This document shows, in pieces, positions 50,132-63,200 of a stretch of 64,000 bases of DNA (its first letter is position 1; each line of letters starts with the position of its first letter). Location of the stretch: positions 8,680,001 to 8,744,000 of the forward strand of contig NC_043007.1 of NCBI RefSeq assembly GCF_006345805.1, written 5' to 3'. Under the pieces are notes generated by a model. That model did not search any database. It was not told the origin of the DNA and saw only the letters and a program-made list of their open reading frames with translations. The position numbers were made by a program, and so were the translations under genes. The stretch comes from Octopus sinensis. Taxonomy: Eukaryota.

Positions 50132-50648
50132 GAGTGAGAGAGCAGTGCATGCCATCAAAGTGACACTGGGGTAAAATATACGAAGCCCAATATACCCATC
50201 ATGACTACCCGTCTGATAAAGGTACACCAGGCACATGCATCACAACCATATGTGCGCGACATGGTGATCTCATATCAAGATAAACAGCACATGACCTTGC
50301 AGGTGGGGCCCAGTTAGAATTTTCTTCAGGTTGAGTAGCCCATCCCGCTCAAAAAGGTCCCTGAATAAGGGTTGTTTAAGGATGTTGAAAGAACCACCCA
50401 TGTTTCCAGAGGTGAATTATTCAAACCCCAAAGAATCCCTCTCAACACATGGCTATGATGCTCCCCCACTACTTCTGCTCGTGATCAGAGATGCACATAT
50501 CGTCAGCCACTAAGGGACATGCTCAACTGGTTAAGGTCAAACAACTGACAAGCAAATCTGTGGTATTGAGCAGAATATTTGCTGTAGCCCATCTTTTATA
50601 CCAAGACAAAACAATGTACATGATAACACTTCCAATCAGTTAAGATCA
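50132..50648 (-). mobile_element. Third TAA-flanked Dong/R4-like 3'-end copy
   Basis: Tandem to 49415-49952, separated only by (TTA/TTG)n. Confidence 0.75.
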
Positions 50649-50707
<59 letters not shown>

Positions 50708-51262
50708 TATTATTATACCAGCATTCAGTTACGAGTTTGCCAGCGTTAATATTATTAATGTTTCTTATTTAGAAACACAAGGGCACACATATACAAATAC
50801 GTTGCTTGATACATATATAAAAAAAAAATATTAAAGATTGGCACTCCGTCGCTTACGACAACGAGTGTTCCAGTTGATCCGATCAGCGGAGCAGCCTGCT
50901 CATCAAATTAACGTGCAAGTGGCTGAGCACTCCACAGACATGCGTACCTCAACGTAGTTATCTGGGAGATTCAGCATGACACAGAGTGTGACAGGGCTAG
51001 CTCTTTGAAATACAAGTACTACTCAATTTTTCCAGATGAGTGGACCGGTGCAACAAGAAATAAAGTGACTTGCTTAAGGACACAACGTGCCAGTGGGTAT
51101 TGAACTCTTGACTATATGATCATGAGCCAGGTACCCTAACCACTAAGCCACTTCTATACACATATATATATATATGCCTGTGTGTGTTTGTATTTACATG
51201 CATGTGTGTGTGTGTGTGTGTGTGTATATACACATGCATACATACAAATATACATATATTTG

Positions 51263-51344
<82 letters not shown>

Positions 51345-51435
51345 GAAGAAGAATTGGTGTACTTTTAGATGTGTCACAATAGATTCTTTTCAAAAACTTT
51401 AGAAGTATTACGTATATATATATATGTATATATAT

Positions 51436-51533
51436 ATTATATCAAACTTCCTTATGCCGCGCTAATATGATAGAAAAACAGAAAACAGTATGAATACATA
51501 CATACATATATATACACACACGCTTATATATAT

Positions 51534-51577
<44 letters not shown>

Positions 51578-51759
51578 CGTGTGTGTATATATATGTATGT
51601 ATGTATTCATACTGTTTTCTGTTTTTCTATCATATATATTCTATCATATATATATATATATATATATATAAGCGTGTGTGTATATATATGTATGTATGTA
51701 TTCATACTGTTTTCTGTTTTTCTATCATATTAGCGCGGCATAAGGAAGTTTGATATAAT
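51436..51759. repeat. Long inverted repeat (fold-back) with (TA)n centre and a partially duplicated right arm
   Basis: 51436-~51530 is the reverse complement of ~51668-51759. ~51575-51635 duplicates part of the right arm. Confidence 0.9.
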
Positions 51760-52229
51760 TATTGCACGCTAGGACAGTGTTCTTTAAGTACGAGAGAGTC
51801 TCCAAGTGAAGAACGCTGTCTTTTGTGGCAACTTCTTCATTTGATGTTCGCCTAAGCATTAGTCAATTAGTTTACCAAATGCTTATTATTTACTTTTCTA
51901 GGGATAGAGAGAGGGGAGAGAGAGAGGGGGGGTAAGGAGGAAGAAAATCGGGGCAAAGAAAAGTTGATGTGATGTGCCCGCGCGCGCGTGTTTGCGTACG
52001 CAGGTATGTATATATGTACATACGTGCATCTATGTACACATGATGCAGATTGAAACTAATATGTGTATACACCCGCATCACACACATACAGAAACCTATT
52101 TGTTAATAAACCTTCAGTTTCTTTGCATATTACGTATATGTACGCTCGTGTACGTGTGTGTATCAACGTCAGCTTATACGCGTAATATACGCAGATGCTG
52201 AAGGTTGTTTAACAAATAGATAGATAGAC

Positions 52230-52266
<37 letters not shown>

Positions 52267-52280
52267 TATAGATAGATAGG

Positions 52281-52327
<47 letters not shown>

Positions 52328-53098
52328 GGAGGAAGAGAGCGCTAGAGAGAGAAATAAATAGAGGGAGAGGAAGTGTGAGCGAGAGAGAAAAAGAGAAAGT
52401 ATGATATATCAACTCAGAAGAATGTTAGAAGAACAAAGTCAAAGACAGCAATAATTTCGGTTCCAACAAATCTAGAAGGTATATTTCCGTATACAGTTTT
52501 GTCACAACAGAAGACATACGGCAACCCTTTGCTTGCTTCATATGTCCTATGATCACAGGAGGCTGTGGTTAGATAAGCTTTACTTAATCCGAAACCTTCT
52601 AAAGCCACATATATATGTATGTATGCATGCATGTATGTATGTGTATGTATATATATGATGGCATGAAAGACAAACAGAAATAAAAAAATAAAAGATCATG
52701 GCAAAATACATCAAAGAAACCATATTTAAAGAATGTCATCTACGTAAGAATGACAAGGAGAAGTGTTAGCAAAAATGGCGTCCACGAAACACACCGACAA
52801 TAACAGCAACAACAACTGTAGGAAAAACAGCTGGCTTTTAAAAATATAAAACGAGATCGAATCTTTCTCGATAGAAATATAAATGTCTTTGGAGATTTCG
52901 GTAATGGAATTGACAAGCATGAAAATCAGAAAATATTTAACCTTACCGTTTTATGGTAGGTACTTGAATATATAATTATATGTATGTGTGTGTACGTGTG
53001 TGTGCTTGTATATATTTTTTTGTGAGTATATATACAGATGAATGTATGTTTGCATGTATGTATATATGATGTATTTGTATATATATACACACACACAA

Positions 53099-53132
<34 letters not shown>

Positions 53133-53260
53133 GTATGTATATATGTATGTACATATATGCATATGAATACATACATATGTTTGTGTGTGTGCTTGTATAT
53201 ATTTTTATGTGAGTATATATATATACAGATGAATGTATGTATGTATATATGATGTATTTG

Positions 53261-53293
<33 letters not shown>

Positions 53294-53487
53294 ATGTATA
53301 TATATACAGATATATACATGTATATACACACACGTAGTCACACATATAAATACATAAAGATATGCGTGTATTTATGTGTATGCATATCATATCATATATA
53401 TATATTATATATATGCTTATATATATGTAAACATTTGAGTATATATACTTACCAGAACACTCTTTTACACAATTACATACTCCGTTA

Positions 53488-53536
<49 letters not shown>

Positions 53537-54160
53537 GCTTATTGTATGTGTGTATAATATATACATAGACAGATACATATGCATACACACATACACTCAC
53601 ACACTCAGACACACATGCGCGCGCACACACACGTACATTTATATAAGTATATATATATATATGTGTGTGTGTGTGTCTTACGTTTGCGTGTGTATATACT
53701 CAGATGTCACGGTTCATAGTTGCATCTATATTAAACTCAGAAGACAAAAGTTGGCAAAACTTGTCAATCAAACATGGACTGTATTTTTGGTGTTTCCTAT
53801 GTGTATATATATATGTGAATATCCATATCATATATACATATACATTCATGTGTGTGTGTGTGTGTGTATAAGTATATATGTATATATGTATATACACGCA
53901 CATATATGGCCTTTGTTGCCAGTTGAATCCTTGCGTAAGCAACTGTTGTTATTTGTATTTTATATGTGGATTAGATAAAAATATGAAGATAAAACTAGTG
54001 ATATATGGAAAGAACGATAGACAGACCGACAAATAAAAAGCTGGGTAGTTGTATAGATAAATAGAGAGATGGATTGGTAGATAAATAGATAGACAGACAG
54101 ATATGTATATATATATATTATATATATATAATATATATATAATATAATATATATATATAT

Positions 54161-54667
54161 TAAGGTATGTAGAAAATACAACATGGACAAGAACGTATAA
54201 CTCTTAGAAGACGATACAATAAACACGGACAGGACATTCGAAACCCCCATTCGAAACCGGATCATCGTAGTAATTTCGGCTGATTAATCTTGAGATTACT
54301 AGATCACGGCCAGCCCTCCAAGAAAAACTAAGCAACGAGCATTAGAAAAACTAAGCTGGGAGCGTAGATTTCCTGGAAGAAGGATCGAATGCATACGGAC
54401 ACCAGGACAGCAAAATATAAAAAAACAATGGAATACAGAAACATGAAATACAGAAGCATTAACGGTGAAAACAACAACAAGTGTCTTACGACTGATAACA
54501 AGCAACAAATTTTTTCTCTGGCGCAAGGAAGGAGCCTTATCGGCGATGCCTATAGCGGCGGACGAAAAACAACGATGTTAACACGACGCTGGTCAGAAGC
54601 TGAAAGGCAGATTTCGGCCAGCAGTCACGTGACAGAGAAGAGAGAAAAGAAAAGAAAGAGAAGCAAC

Positions 54668-54731
<64 letters not shown>

Positions 54732-55242
54732 GGACAAACGCGACAAAGAGCGAGAAGAGAGAGAAAGAAGGAATCAGAGAGGAGAAGGGATGGGTGTCGA
54801 AGAGCGACCTGTGAGTGCAGAGCGAGACAAAGAAATAGGAGGGTAGTGGAAGATTAGACCAAAGAATCAGAGGAAAGAGAAGAGAAAAAGAGGATGAGTA
54901 GAGAGAGAAGGGGACAGATCAAGTAAAAGTGAGAGAGAGAGAGAGACAAACAAAGAGTCGTACCAGTTATTAAGAATATGTGCTGACATTAATGTTAAGA
55001 GGGTACGTGGCGCCTGGAATATATGTTAAGGTATGTAGAAAAATACAACATGGACAAGAACGTATAACTCTTAGAAGACGATACAGTAAACACGGACAGG
55101 ACATTCGAAACCCCCAGTCTTCAGTCAAGAACCGGATCATCGTAGTAATTTCGGCTGATTAATCTTGAGATTACTAGATCACGGCCAGCTCTCCAAGAAA
55201 AACTAAGCAACGAGCATTAGAAAAACTAAGCTGGGAGCGTAG

Positions 55243-55243
<1 letters not shown>
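54161..55243. repeat. ~210-bp direct repeats (54161-54369 and 55027-55243) flanking ~650 bp; LTR/pLTR-like unclassified element
   Basis: Near-identical apart from a short indel region after cattcgaaaccccca. Confidence 0.8.
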
Positions 55244-55273
<30 letters not shown>

Positions 55274-55282
55274 GAGAGAGAG

Positions 55283-55361
<79 letters not shown>

Positions 55362-55439
55362 TCGATAGACAGATAGATAGTTTGGAAGGTAAATTGTTAG
55401 ATAGATATATTGATATATGGATAGATAGAGAGACAAATA

Positions 55440-55655
55440 TATTTCGTTACTACCCACAAAGGGCTAAACACAGAGGGGACAAACAAGGACAGACAATGGG
55501 ATTAAGTCGATTACATCGAACCCAGTGCGTAACTGGTACTTAATTTATCGACCCCGAAAGGATGAAAGGCAAAGTCGACCTCGGCGGAATTTGAACTTCG
55601 AACGTAACGACAGACGAAATACTGCAACGCATTTCGCCCGACGTGCTAACGATAG
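55440..55655 (-). mobile_element. SINE family C monomer
   Basis: Reverse complement of the 22152-22384 unit. Confidence 0.85.
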
Positions 55656-56457
55656 AGAGACAAATAGACAGATATTTGGATAGAAAGATAGATTGAAAGA
55701 TAGATCAGATAGATGTCAGTAATAGATAGGTCGCTAGACTGGTAAATGAATAGATAGATAGATGGTTAGATAGATAAATATAAAGGTAGATATATAGGTA
55801 GATAACGGAGAGAAAGAGTGAGAGAGGCAGAAAGACAGAGAGACAGACAAATAGATAGATAGGTAAACAGATAGATAGATAAATAAATAGATATTCCTCA
55901 ATATGAAAGGATTTCATTCATGGCTATCGCATGTTAGATAATGTAATCTGAGACTTTAGCTAAAATACGCTTCCTCGTTAAAAAAGAAACAAAATATTGT
56001 CTCAGTTATGTCTGTGTGTGACAAGGGGTTTCTTCGCAACCACATGATTTCGGGTTCAGGTGTTTTCTAATATAGCCAAAGCCGATCAAATCTTTGTGAG
56101 GTGATATTGCGGGCGGAAACTGGAAGAAGCCTGTTGTATACATACATACATACATACATACATACATACATACATACATACATACATACATACATACATA
56201 CGTACGTACGTACATACATACATGCATGCATACATACGTACGTACATACATACATACATACATACATACATACATACATACATACATACGTACGTACATG
56301 CATAGATCCATAGATCCATACATCCATCCATACATACAAACATACATACACACACATACGCACACACACATATGTTAGTTAGTTAGTTAGTTAATTTGGC
56401 TCAAAAGCAAATAGCAAGGCCATGTAGGGGGACATGGAGTTAAGTACAGGGTGGTGT

Positions 56458-59225
56458 TCATGTAAAGAGTTCAGGCCACTTGAGGTCCAGGGAGGCTTTG
56501 AACAAAGCGGTCGTCGGCATCTTCACCATCTCATCTGGCAGCTTGTTCCACGGATCCGCAACCCGGACGGAGAAAGCTCCTCTCCTTCGATTGAGATGAA
56601 ATCGTCGCAGGTAGAGCTTTTCGGAATGACCCCGCAGCCGACGCTCCGGAGCAGGAGTGAAGAACAGCTCTTTCGAGAGGTTACACTCCCGCTTATGATG
56701 TTGGGCGAGAATGAGATCACCACGGCGGCGGAGTTTTTCAAGAGAATAAAGGTCGAGCGTCCTCAGCCTTTCTTCGTAGGACAAATTTTTGAGACCATGA
56801 ACCAGGCGGGTAGCCAGCCTCTGGACTCTTTCGAGGTGCTGTATGTCTTTGAGGAGATAAGGAGAAGAGGCTTGAATCCCATACTCCAATATGGTCTCAC
56901 CAGCGTGACATAGAGTGGCAGGAATATGGCTGCTGTGAGCACTCCGAATGACCGTCGAATCAAAAACAGAATTCTTCCGCGCGCTTTGTTGGCAGCATGG
57001 ACGCACTGGGCCGAAGGCGAAAAGGAGGAATCCACCAAGATACCCAGGTCCTTTACCTGATCGGTCCTCTCCAGCAGCAGACGACCCGGCTCGAAATCAA
57101 GTTGAGTTGTAGGAGTAGAGCCGACAGGCAGATGACAGCACTTTGACACGTTCAGACACAGGTCCCAATCGTTAGACCACTTCCAAATTTGGTGGAGGCA
57201 TCGACGAAGATCCTCTATACTACCGCGAGGAGCGACCAGTTTGATATCGTCGGCAAATAGAAGGGTGTGTTGCGTGAGGTCGTCGGGCAAGTCATTTATG
57301 AAGACTAAAAACAACAAGGGCCCAAGCACTGAACCTTGAGGCACGCCACTGCTCGCACTGGAGACGTCGGACCGCGAACCATTAACTTGAACTTGGAAGG
57401 AGCGATCTGAGAGGAAGGCACCAACCCATCGTACAATATCCGGATGGAAACTATATGCTTGAAGCTTGACAAGTAGTAGGCGGTGGTTACCGAGTCAAAA
57501 GCTTTGGCAAAGTCCAATAAAACGATGTCAACAGCATCACTATCATCGAGGATGCGCGTCACCAATTCTTCCATTACTAGTAAGTTGGTCAAGCATGATC
57601 TCTTCGGCACGAAGCCGTGTTGGGAATCAGTGATCGAGGCTGTTCTTAGGAGGTGGAGCATCATACTTTTCTTAAGGATGGTTTCGAACATCTTGCTGAT
57701 TATTGATGTAAGGGAAACCGGTCGGTAGTTAAGCGGGTCTTCGCGGCTCCCTTTCTTGAAAATTGGGCAGATTATCGCTGTTCTCCAGTCTGCAGGTATA
57801 ACACCCGTCGCCAATGACATATTGAATAGTCGTGTTAAGGGCTCGCAGATGACCGGAGCCAACGCTTTGATAACCCGTGGGTGTATGCCGTCAGGGCCGT
57901 GACCCTTGTTGACATCGAGGCCTTGAATAACACGTTTGACTTGGTCTCGCGTGATGATCAATCGAAGCATTGGAGGTACCGATCTATCAAATGGAGGGGG
58001 TTCACGACCATCATCTTGTTTGAAAATAGTTGAAAAAGCCTCGGCAAATAATTGACTCTGTTGATAAGGGTCCTCAATCGATACGCCTGTTGAGTCTACC
58101 AATGTTACAATCTGGTTGTTCAAGCGGGAATTCCGCTGGACATGGCAAAGAAGGTTTTTGGATTGCTACTGGCATTTGCCGCGATTTTGTATTCATAACT
58201 GAAGCGTTCTTTCTTTTCAATTTTCACGGCTCGGTCTCGTTGAGTTTTGTACACCTCAAAAGCTGCAGTCGAATCCAGATTTTTGAATTCAGCCCAGCAA
58301 TATCTCTGAGTCGACGTTCTCGTTTAACCTTCTTCGTCACCCAGGGCTTGTGTTTCTTCCTCTTGGGAAGTCCAACGGAACTGCCTGGTCAGTCAAACAG
58401 ATTACATATGCTTTGAGGGATGACCATAGTTCGTCAACTGAGGACAACGTCATCAGGAACGCCAGTCCAGAAGCGCGGAAGCCTCGGTTAGAATTTCAAG
58501 ATTAATTGCAGAGAAGACTCTACGTGGCAGCGAAGTAATCGTGGGCGGGGAAAAAGTTGTGTGCATGACGAACTTCAGGACCGCATGATCACTCTTGGCA
58601 AGAGGGGCGCACACAGATACGTCTGACACTGATCTTGGATAGCGGGAGAATACCAGATCTAGCATAGATGGCTGCTGCCCAGACCGATGCCTTGTCGGAT
58701 ATTCAACATGTTGCGATAGAAAACAATCTTCAGCCGTCAAGAAGGGCCTGGCCGAACCGGGAAGATGTTGTACAAATTGATGCGGGCCATCGATCATGGG
58801 AGCGTTGAAGTCGCCTAGTACCAAGCAGTCATGCGAAGCTGAAACGAATCTTATCGCCTCGAGTAGATGAGCATCGTCCTGGGGGTCGGCTAGAGGCGGC
58901 CTGTAGACAGCCAACACGGGCAGGCAAAACTCAGATAGGCTCAGCTTGCAATAGACGGCATCGAATTTGATTGTAGGTTGAGCATTTGTGGGTAGAACCG
59001 CAGGACGGTTTGTGCTCAGACTTACATACACAGCAACACCTCCGCCTCGCCTTTTTCCTCTGTCACATCTGAAAAGGACGTAGCCCTGCAGGTGGACTCT
59101 GAGTCCTTTACTGCTGGAGTCAGCCAAGTCTCGGTGATAGCTATCACATCAGGGGAGTCGCGTAGGCCAGTGTAAATAGTTCACTGAACTTTGGAATAAG
59201 GAGCACGAGTTGGTGTAGACGATGC
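56458..59225 (-). pseudogene. CR1 ORF2 (endonuclease + reverse transcriptase), split by several frameshifts
   Basis: ORF-track segments 58453-59127, 57305-58123, 56763-57344 and 56458-57006 are consecutive parts of one ORF2. Confidence 0.9.
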
Positions 59226-60714
59226 TGAGCTGTGAAGTCTGAGGGGCGGGAGTTGGGGAACAAGCAGAATAAAGGCATCAGAGATAGCATCGTTGACGGG
59301 GGTATCAACTTCACTTCGATTTGCCCTCACATCACTTTCCCTGTCAGCACTACAGCATGGGACCAAGGTAGGTAGGACTTGATTATCTGTCCATCTTGGA
59401 TTCGTAAACCCTTCTCCCCATTTGTTCCTCATCTTTAGCTCGGATATCAGGTTCCTCCGGCGAATTCTCTCTCTTAGTGAGTATTCCTCGCGAAAACCCA
59501 TATTGGGGTCCTCCCAGGCATGCGTCTGAGCTCTGTTCAGAAAGACTGAAGCCTCCCGATCAGAAGAAAAGATTACCCTTATTGGGCGTGGTCTAGTATC
59601 TGCGGTTGGGTTCGCTTGGAATCTTCCTAGCCGAGCGACCTTAAGAACACTGACATTTTCGTTCACAGAGAACAATTTTCCAACCAAAATGGAAACAAAT
59701 TAATGTCATCTTTTAGGCGTTTTATGCCTGTATCACAGGTGGATTCCGCTTTGCCATATATTATTGCCGATCTTGAGTGGGCAAAAAGTTCTCTACTATG
59801 AGCTGCGGTATTCGATTCTTCGTTGGAGGATTTCGAAAGAGTGGTTTCATAGCCATCGGACTTATGTCGGCCTGTGGGGTCGATCGGAATGGATTTAGTG
59901 GTCATAATTTTCCCGCCTGGTTTGGAACTGCACTGCCTCTTCTTCGGTTTGGGGGAGCACCACTCCCAAGATGAACCCACATCGAGATCGTTCAGAATGG
60001 TTGAGCAATGGCATTAATGGGAAGGACAAGTGAAGGAGAATCCAAACAGATTTTATCGTGATCAGGTTTCATAGCCAAATCTGCCCCTCTGGAGTTTTGA
60101 CTACGTTTCTTCTTTGGGGGAGAACAACGGTCTTCAGGTGGGTTTGAGTCTACGCTCCTCGAACTAGGTTGGGGAACCTCCGGGACCGAAAGGCAGATGA
60201 TTTTGTTCCCTTCGTTTGGACTCTCCAGGGAAGAAATCAAGGGTGACTCTGCGTCAACAGGAGACCGTTTATCGTGGTCAGTTTCATAGCTAAATAAATC
60301 CGCCCCACTGGAGTTTTGACGACGTTTCTTTTCATTTGGGGAGAACAACGGTCTTCAGGTGGGTTTGAGTCTACGCTCCTCAATTAGGTGTGGAACCTCT
60401 GGGACCGAAAAGGCAGATGAGGAAGAATCCGCACGGGAACGATCATGTGCAGAAACGACCGCCGGTTCCTTCGCCTTCTTTGGCCGCCTCGATTTTGTTC
60501 TCTTCGGTTTGGACGTCTCCAGGGAAGAAATCAAGGGTGACTCTGCGTCAGCAGGAGACTGTTTATTCAGTAAGAGAGCAACAACAGACTTTAGGTGCTC
60601 AACCTCTTGTTTGAGCAACAGCAACTGTTCGTTGAGCTGACTGTTGGTAGGACCATCATCTTGATGAGAAGCCCTACTTGCAGATCTCAGTTTCGATGCG
60701 TAGGTAGCTGACAT
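59226..60714 (-). pseudogene. CR1 ORF1, frameshifted, with an internal tandem duplication
   Basis: Starts MSATYASK at 60714. Coiled-coil-like LLLLKQEVEHLK and C-terminal RLG..RPRPIRV motifs. Confidence 0.75.
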
Positions 60715-61348
60715 GATGGATGGTTGACTAAAAACAATCCTCTATGGGCTCTAGGAGAAATCGGGGTTAAATCAGGAACAAAAACAGGTGCAATCCTTGT
60801 AGGAGTAGGCACAGCAGACTAAAAACTGAGAGAGTTTGGGCTGAGCCGAATCACAATCCAAGATTGAAAGCAGACGGTGCAACGAGTCGGGAACCCTTCC
60901 TAATTGTCTGAAGCAGCTTTAGGATAGGGATAGTATGTCCAAACTTTAGAATATTGATATGCATGTAACATGTTCCACACGATTAATATCACTTGACGTG
61001 CCATTTAGTACTTCAATAATTGCATCTGCGCATGTTGAATACTGTGTTTATATGCGAGAAGGCACATGTTTTTGTCTATTGTTAAATTAGATTATTATTT
61101 TTTCTTTTTATTATTCGACGTTTTTTCCTTTTAAAGTATTTCTTTTTAAAGTAAATTATACGTTGGAGGGAGGGCTGGGGTTTTTTTTTATAGTAAATTC
61201 TCTTTTCTCCCAGCACAGAGAAAGAAAGGGATTTTTCGTTGGTGCCACCGGTAATACTTCAGACCGGAGAAAGATATTCGGTTTCATCATCGTCAACTTG
61301 AATTTTCTAATTGTAGCGATATAGTAACTGCAGTAAATTCTGATAGCA

Positions 61349-61410
<62 letters not shown>

Positions 61411-61934
61411 TATATATAATATATATATATATTATATACACTATACGTTGTGTGTATTTATTTATATATATATATATACATGATTTCCATATAATGTATG
61501 TATGTGTGTGCACGTGTATGTACATGTGTACGTATATATATATATATGTGTGTATTTGTGTGTGTGTGTTTGTGACTGTCCACCATTTGACAATTTTTAT
61601 TGGTTTAAGTCCATGTAACTTAGTGGTTCGTCATAAGTGACCGATGGAATAAGTACCAGCCTTAACAAGCAAATCCTGAGAGTGACTTGTTCAACTAAAA
61701 TCCCTCAAGCTGGTGCCCCAGCACTGCAGCAATCTGTTGACCAAAGCGAGTAGAAGATAGATACAAAAAGAGTAAAGGAAATATTTAGCTGCTATTTCTA
61801 GTCCATCAAGCAGTATTTCGAGGCTCCCTTCGTTGGCTCGTACAATCTTATTACGTTGTTGTTTAACCACATGTGATCCCTTCTACATGATAAAAATTAT
61901 TCTAAGCCGTTACCATCATGAAATTGGCAAGAAG

Positions 61935-62310
61935 CTTGCTTCTCAACGACTTGGTTCCGAGTTCAGTCCCACTGTGTTGCTTCTTGGGTAAAATGCTTTC
62001 TACTTTAGCCTCGGGCAGACTAAAGCCGCCTGAGTCGATTTGGTAGAGGAAAACTGAAAGAAGCCTGTCGATAATAAAAAAATTGTGTGCTTGTGTGTGT
62101 CTTTGTGTCTCTATTTGTCCCTTATCACTGCTTGATAACTGGTTTTGGTTTGTTTATGTCCCTGTAACTTAGCGGTTCGGCAAAAGTATCCGATAGAGTA
62201 AATACCGGCTTAAAAAAAAATTACTAGAGTCGATTCCTCCGACAAAAAAATTCTTCAACATGGTGCCCCAGCATGGTCGCAGTCTAATGACAACCAAGTA
62301 AGAGATACAA
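61935..62310 (+). mobile_element. Degenerate SINE family A copy
   Basis: Motifs ggttccgagttcagtcccact, gaaactgaaagaagcctgtcg and gcggttcggcaaa. Confidence 0.75.
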
Positions 62311-62574
62311 GATAAAACAGATCTACAAGTGGGCGATTATTTGGAATGGTTACTGCGCGTCGGACAAAATGCATTTCTTCCGGTTATTCACATCCTGAGT
62401 TGAAATAACACTGAGGTTGACCTTGCCTTTCATCATTTGCGGATCGATAATATCTATACCTTATCAGTATTTGGGCCAATGTAATCGGTTTTTCCGTCCC
62501 CTCAGAATTATTGGCCTTATTTCAGGATTACAAAGAATTTTTTACTCTGAATGCTGTAATCATTCTTAGACTGT

Positions 62575-62586
62575 ATATGATGTATT

Positions 62587-62627
<41 letters not shown>

Positions 62628-62744
62628 TTTATTTAAAGCAGCAGAAAATTCAACAAAACCTGTTTACTCTGAGTTTCCCTTTGCCGTTCGTCGGACAGTT
62701 TTTGCTAGTATGTATATATATATGTATATATATATGTGTATATA

Positions 62745-62776
<32 letters not shown>

Positions 62777-62954
62777 GATATATATATATAATATATATAT
62801 ATATATAATGTATGTATATATATATATATGTATATATATTATATATATATGTGTATATATATATATGTGTGTATATATATATATGTATATCATACATACA
62901 TATATCTGTATATATAATATATTATATATATATATATATATATGTGTATATATG

Positions 62955-63001
<47 letters not shown>

Positions 63002-63200
63002 GTATATATATGTATGTATATATGTATATATATATGTTGTGTGTATATATATATGTATATACATATATACATACATATATATGTATATATATATATGTAT
63101 ATACATATATACATATATATATATGTATATATGTATATATGTATATATATACATATATACACACACATGAAGTCACACATATAAATATATATAGATATAT
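62575..63200. repeat. Compound (TA)n/(TATG)n microsatellite
   Basis: Direct reading. Similar tracts occur at ~7440-7740, ~18950-19400, ~41900-42270 and ~52950-53660. Confidence 0.95.

Larger units (their letters stand above)
56374..60870 (-). mobile_element. Near full-length CR1-clade LINE (ORF1 + APE-RT ORF2), frameshifted, with (TAAC)n 3' tail
   Basis: APE motifs IVYTNSCSL, DVIAITETWL, VLGDFN and SDH. RT motifs NYRPVSLTS, QHGF, LLDFAKAFDSV, PQGSVLGPLLF and LFADD. CR1-type tail LERVQRLATRL...RGHSEKL...WNKLP. ORF1 motif RLG...RPRPIRVIF. (GTTA)n at 56374-56393 on the plus strand. 5' boundary approximate. Confidence 0.93.

Noticed and set aside
52414-52632. 72-aa minus-strand ORF with protein-like composition, and plus-strand MLEEQSQRQQ
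   Set aside because: No recognisable domain or clear splice boundaries. Short open frames are expected by chance.
55095-55135. Minus-strand CTGAAGA...GAATGTC as a possible hammerhead in the 210-bp direct repeat
   Set aside because: No convincing stem II, the core lacks GAAA, and the other repeat copy lacks the motif.
56434-58416. Plus-strand ORFs (56434-56913, 57483-57728, 58030-58416)
   Set aside because: Antisense shadows of the CR1 ORF2 with no independent motifs.
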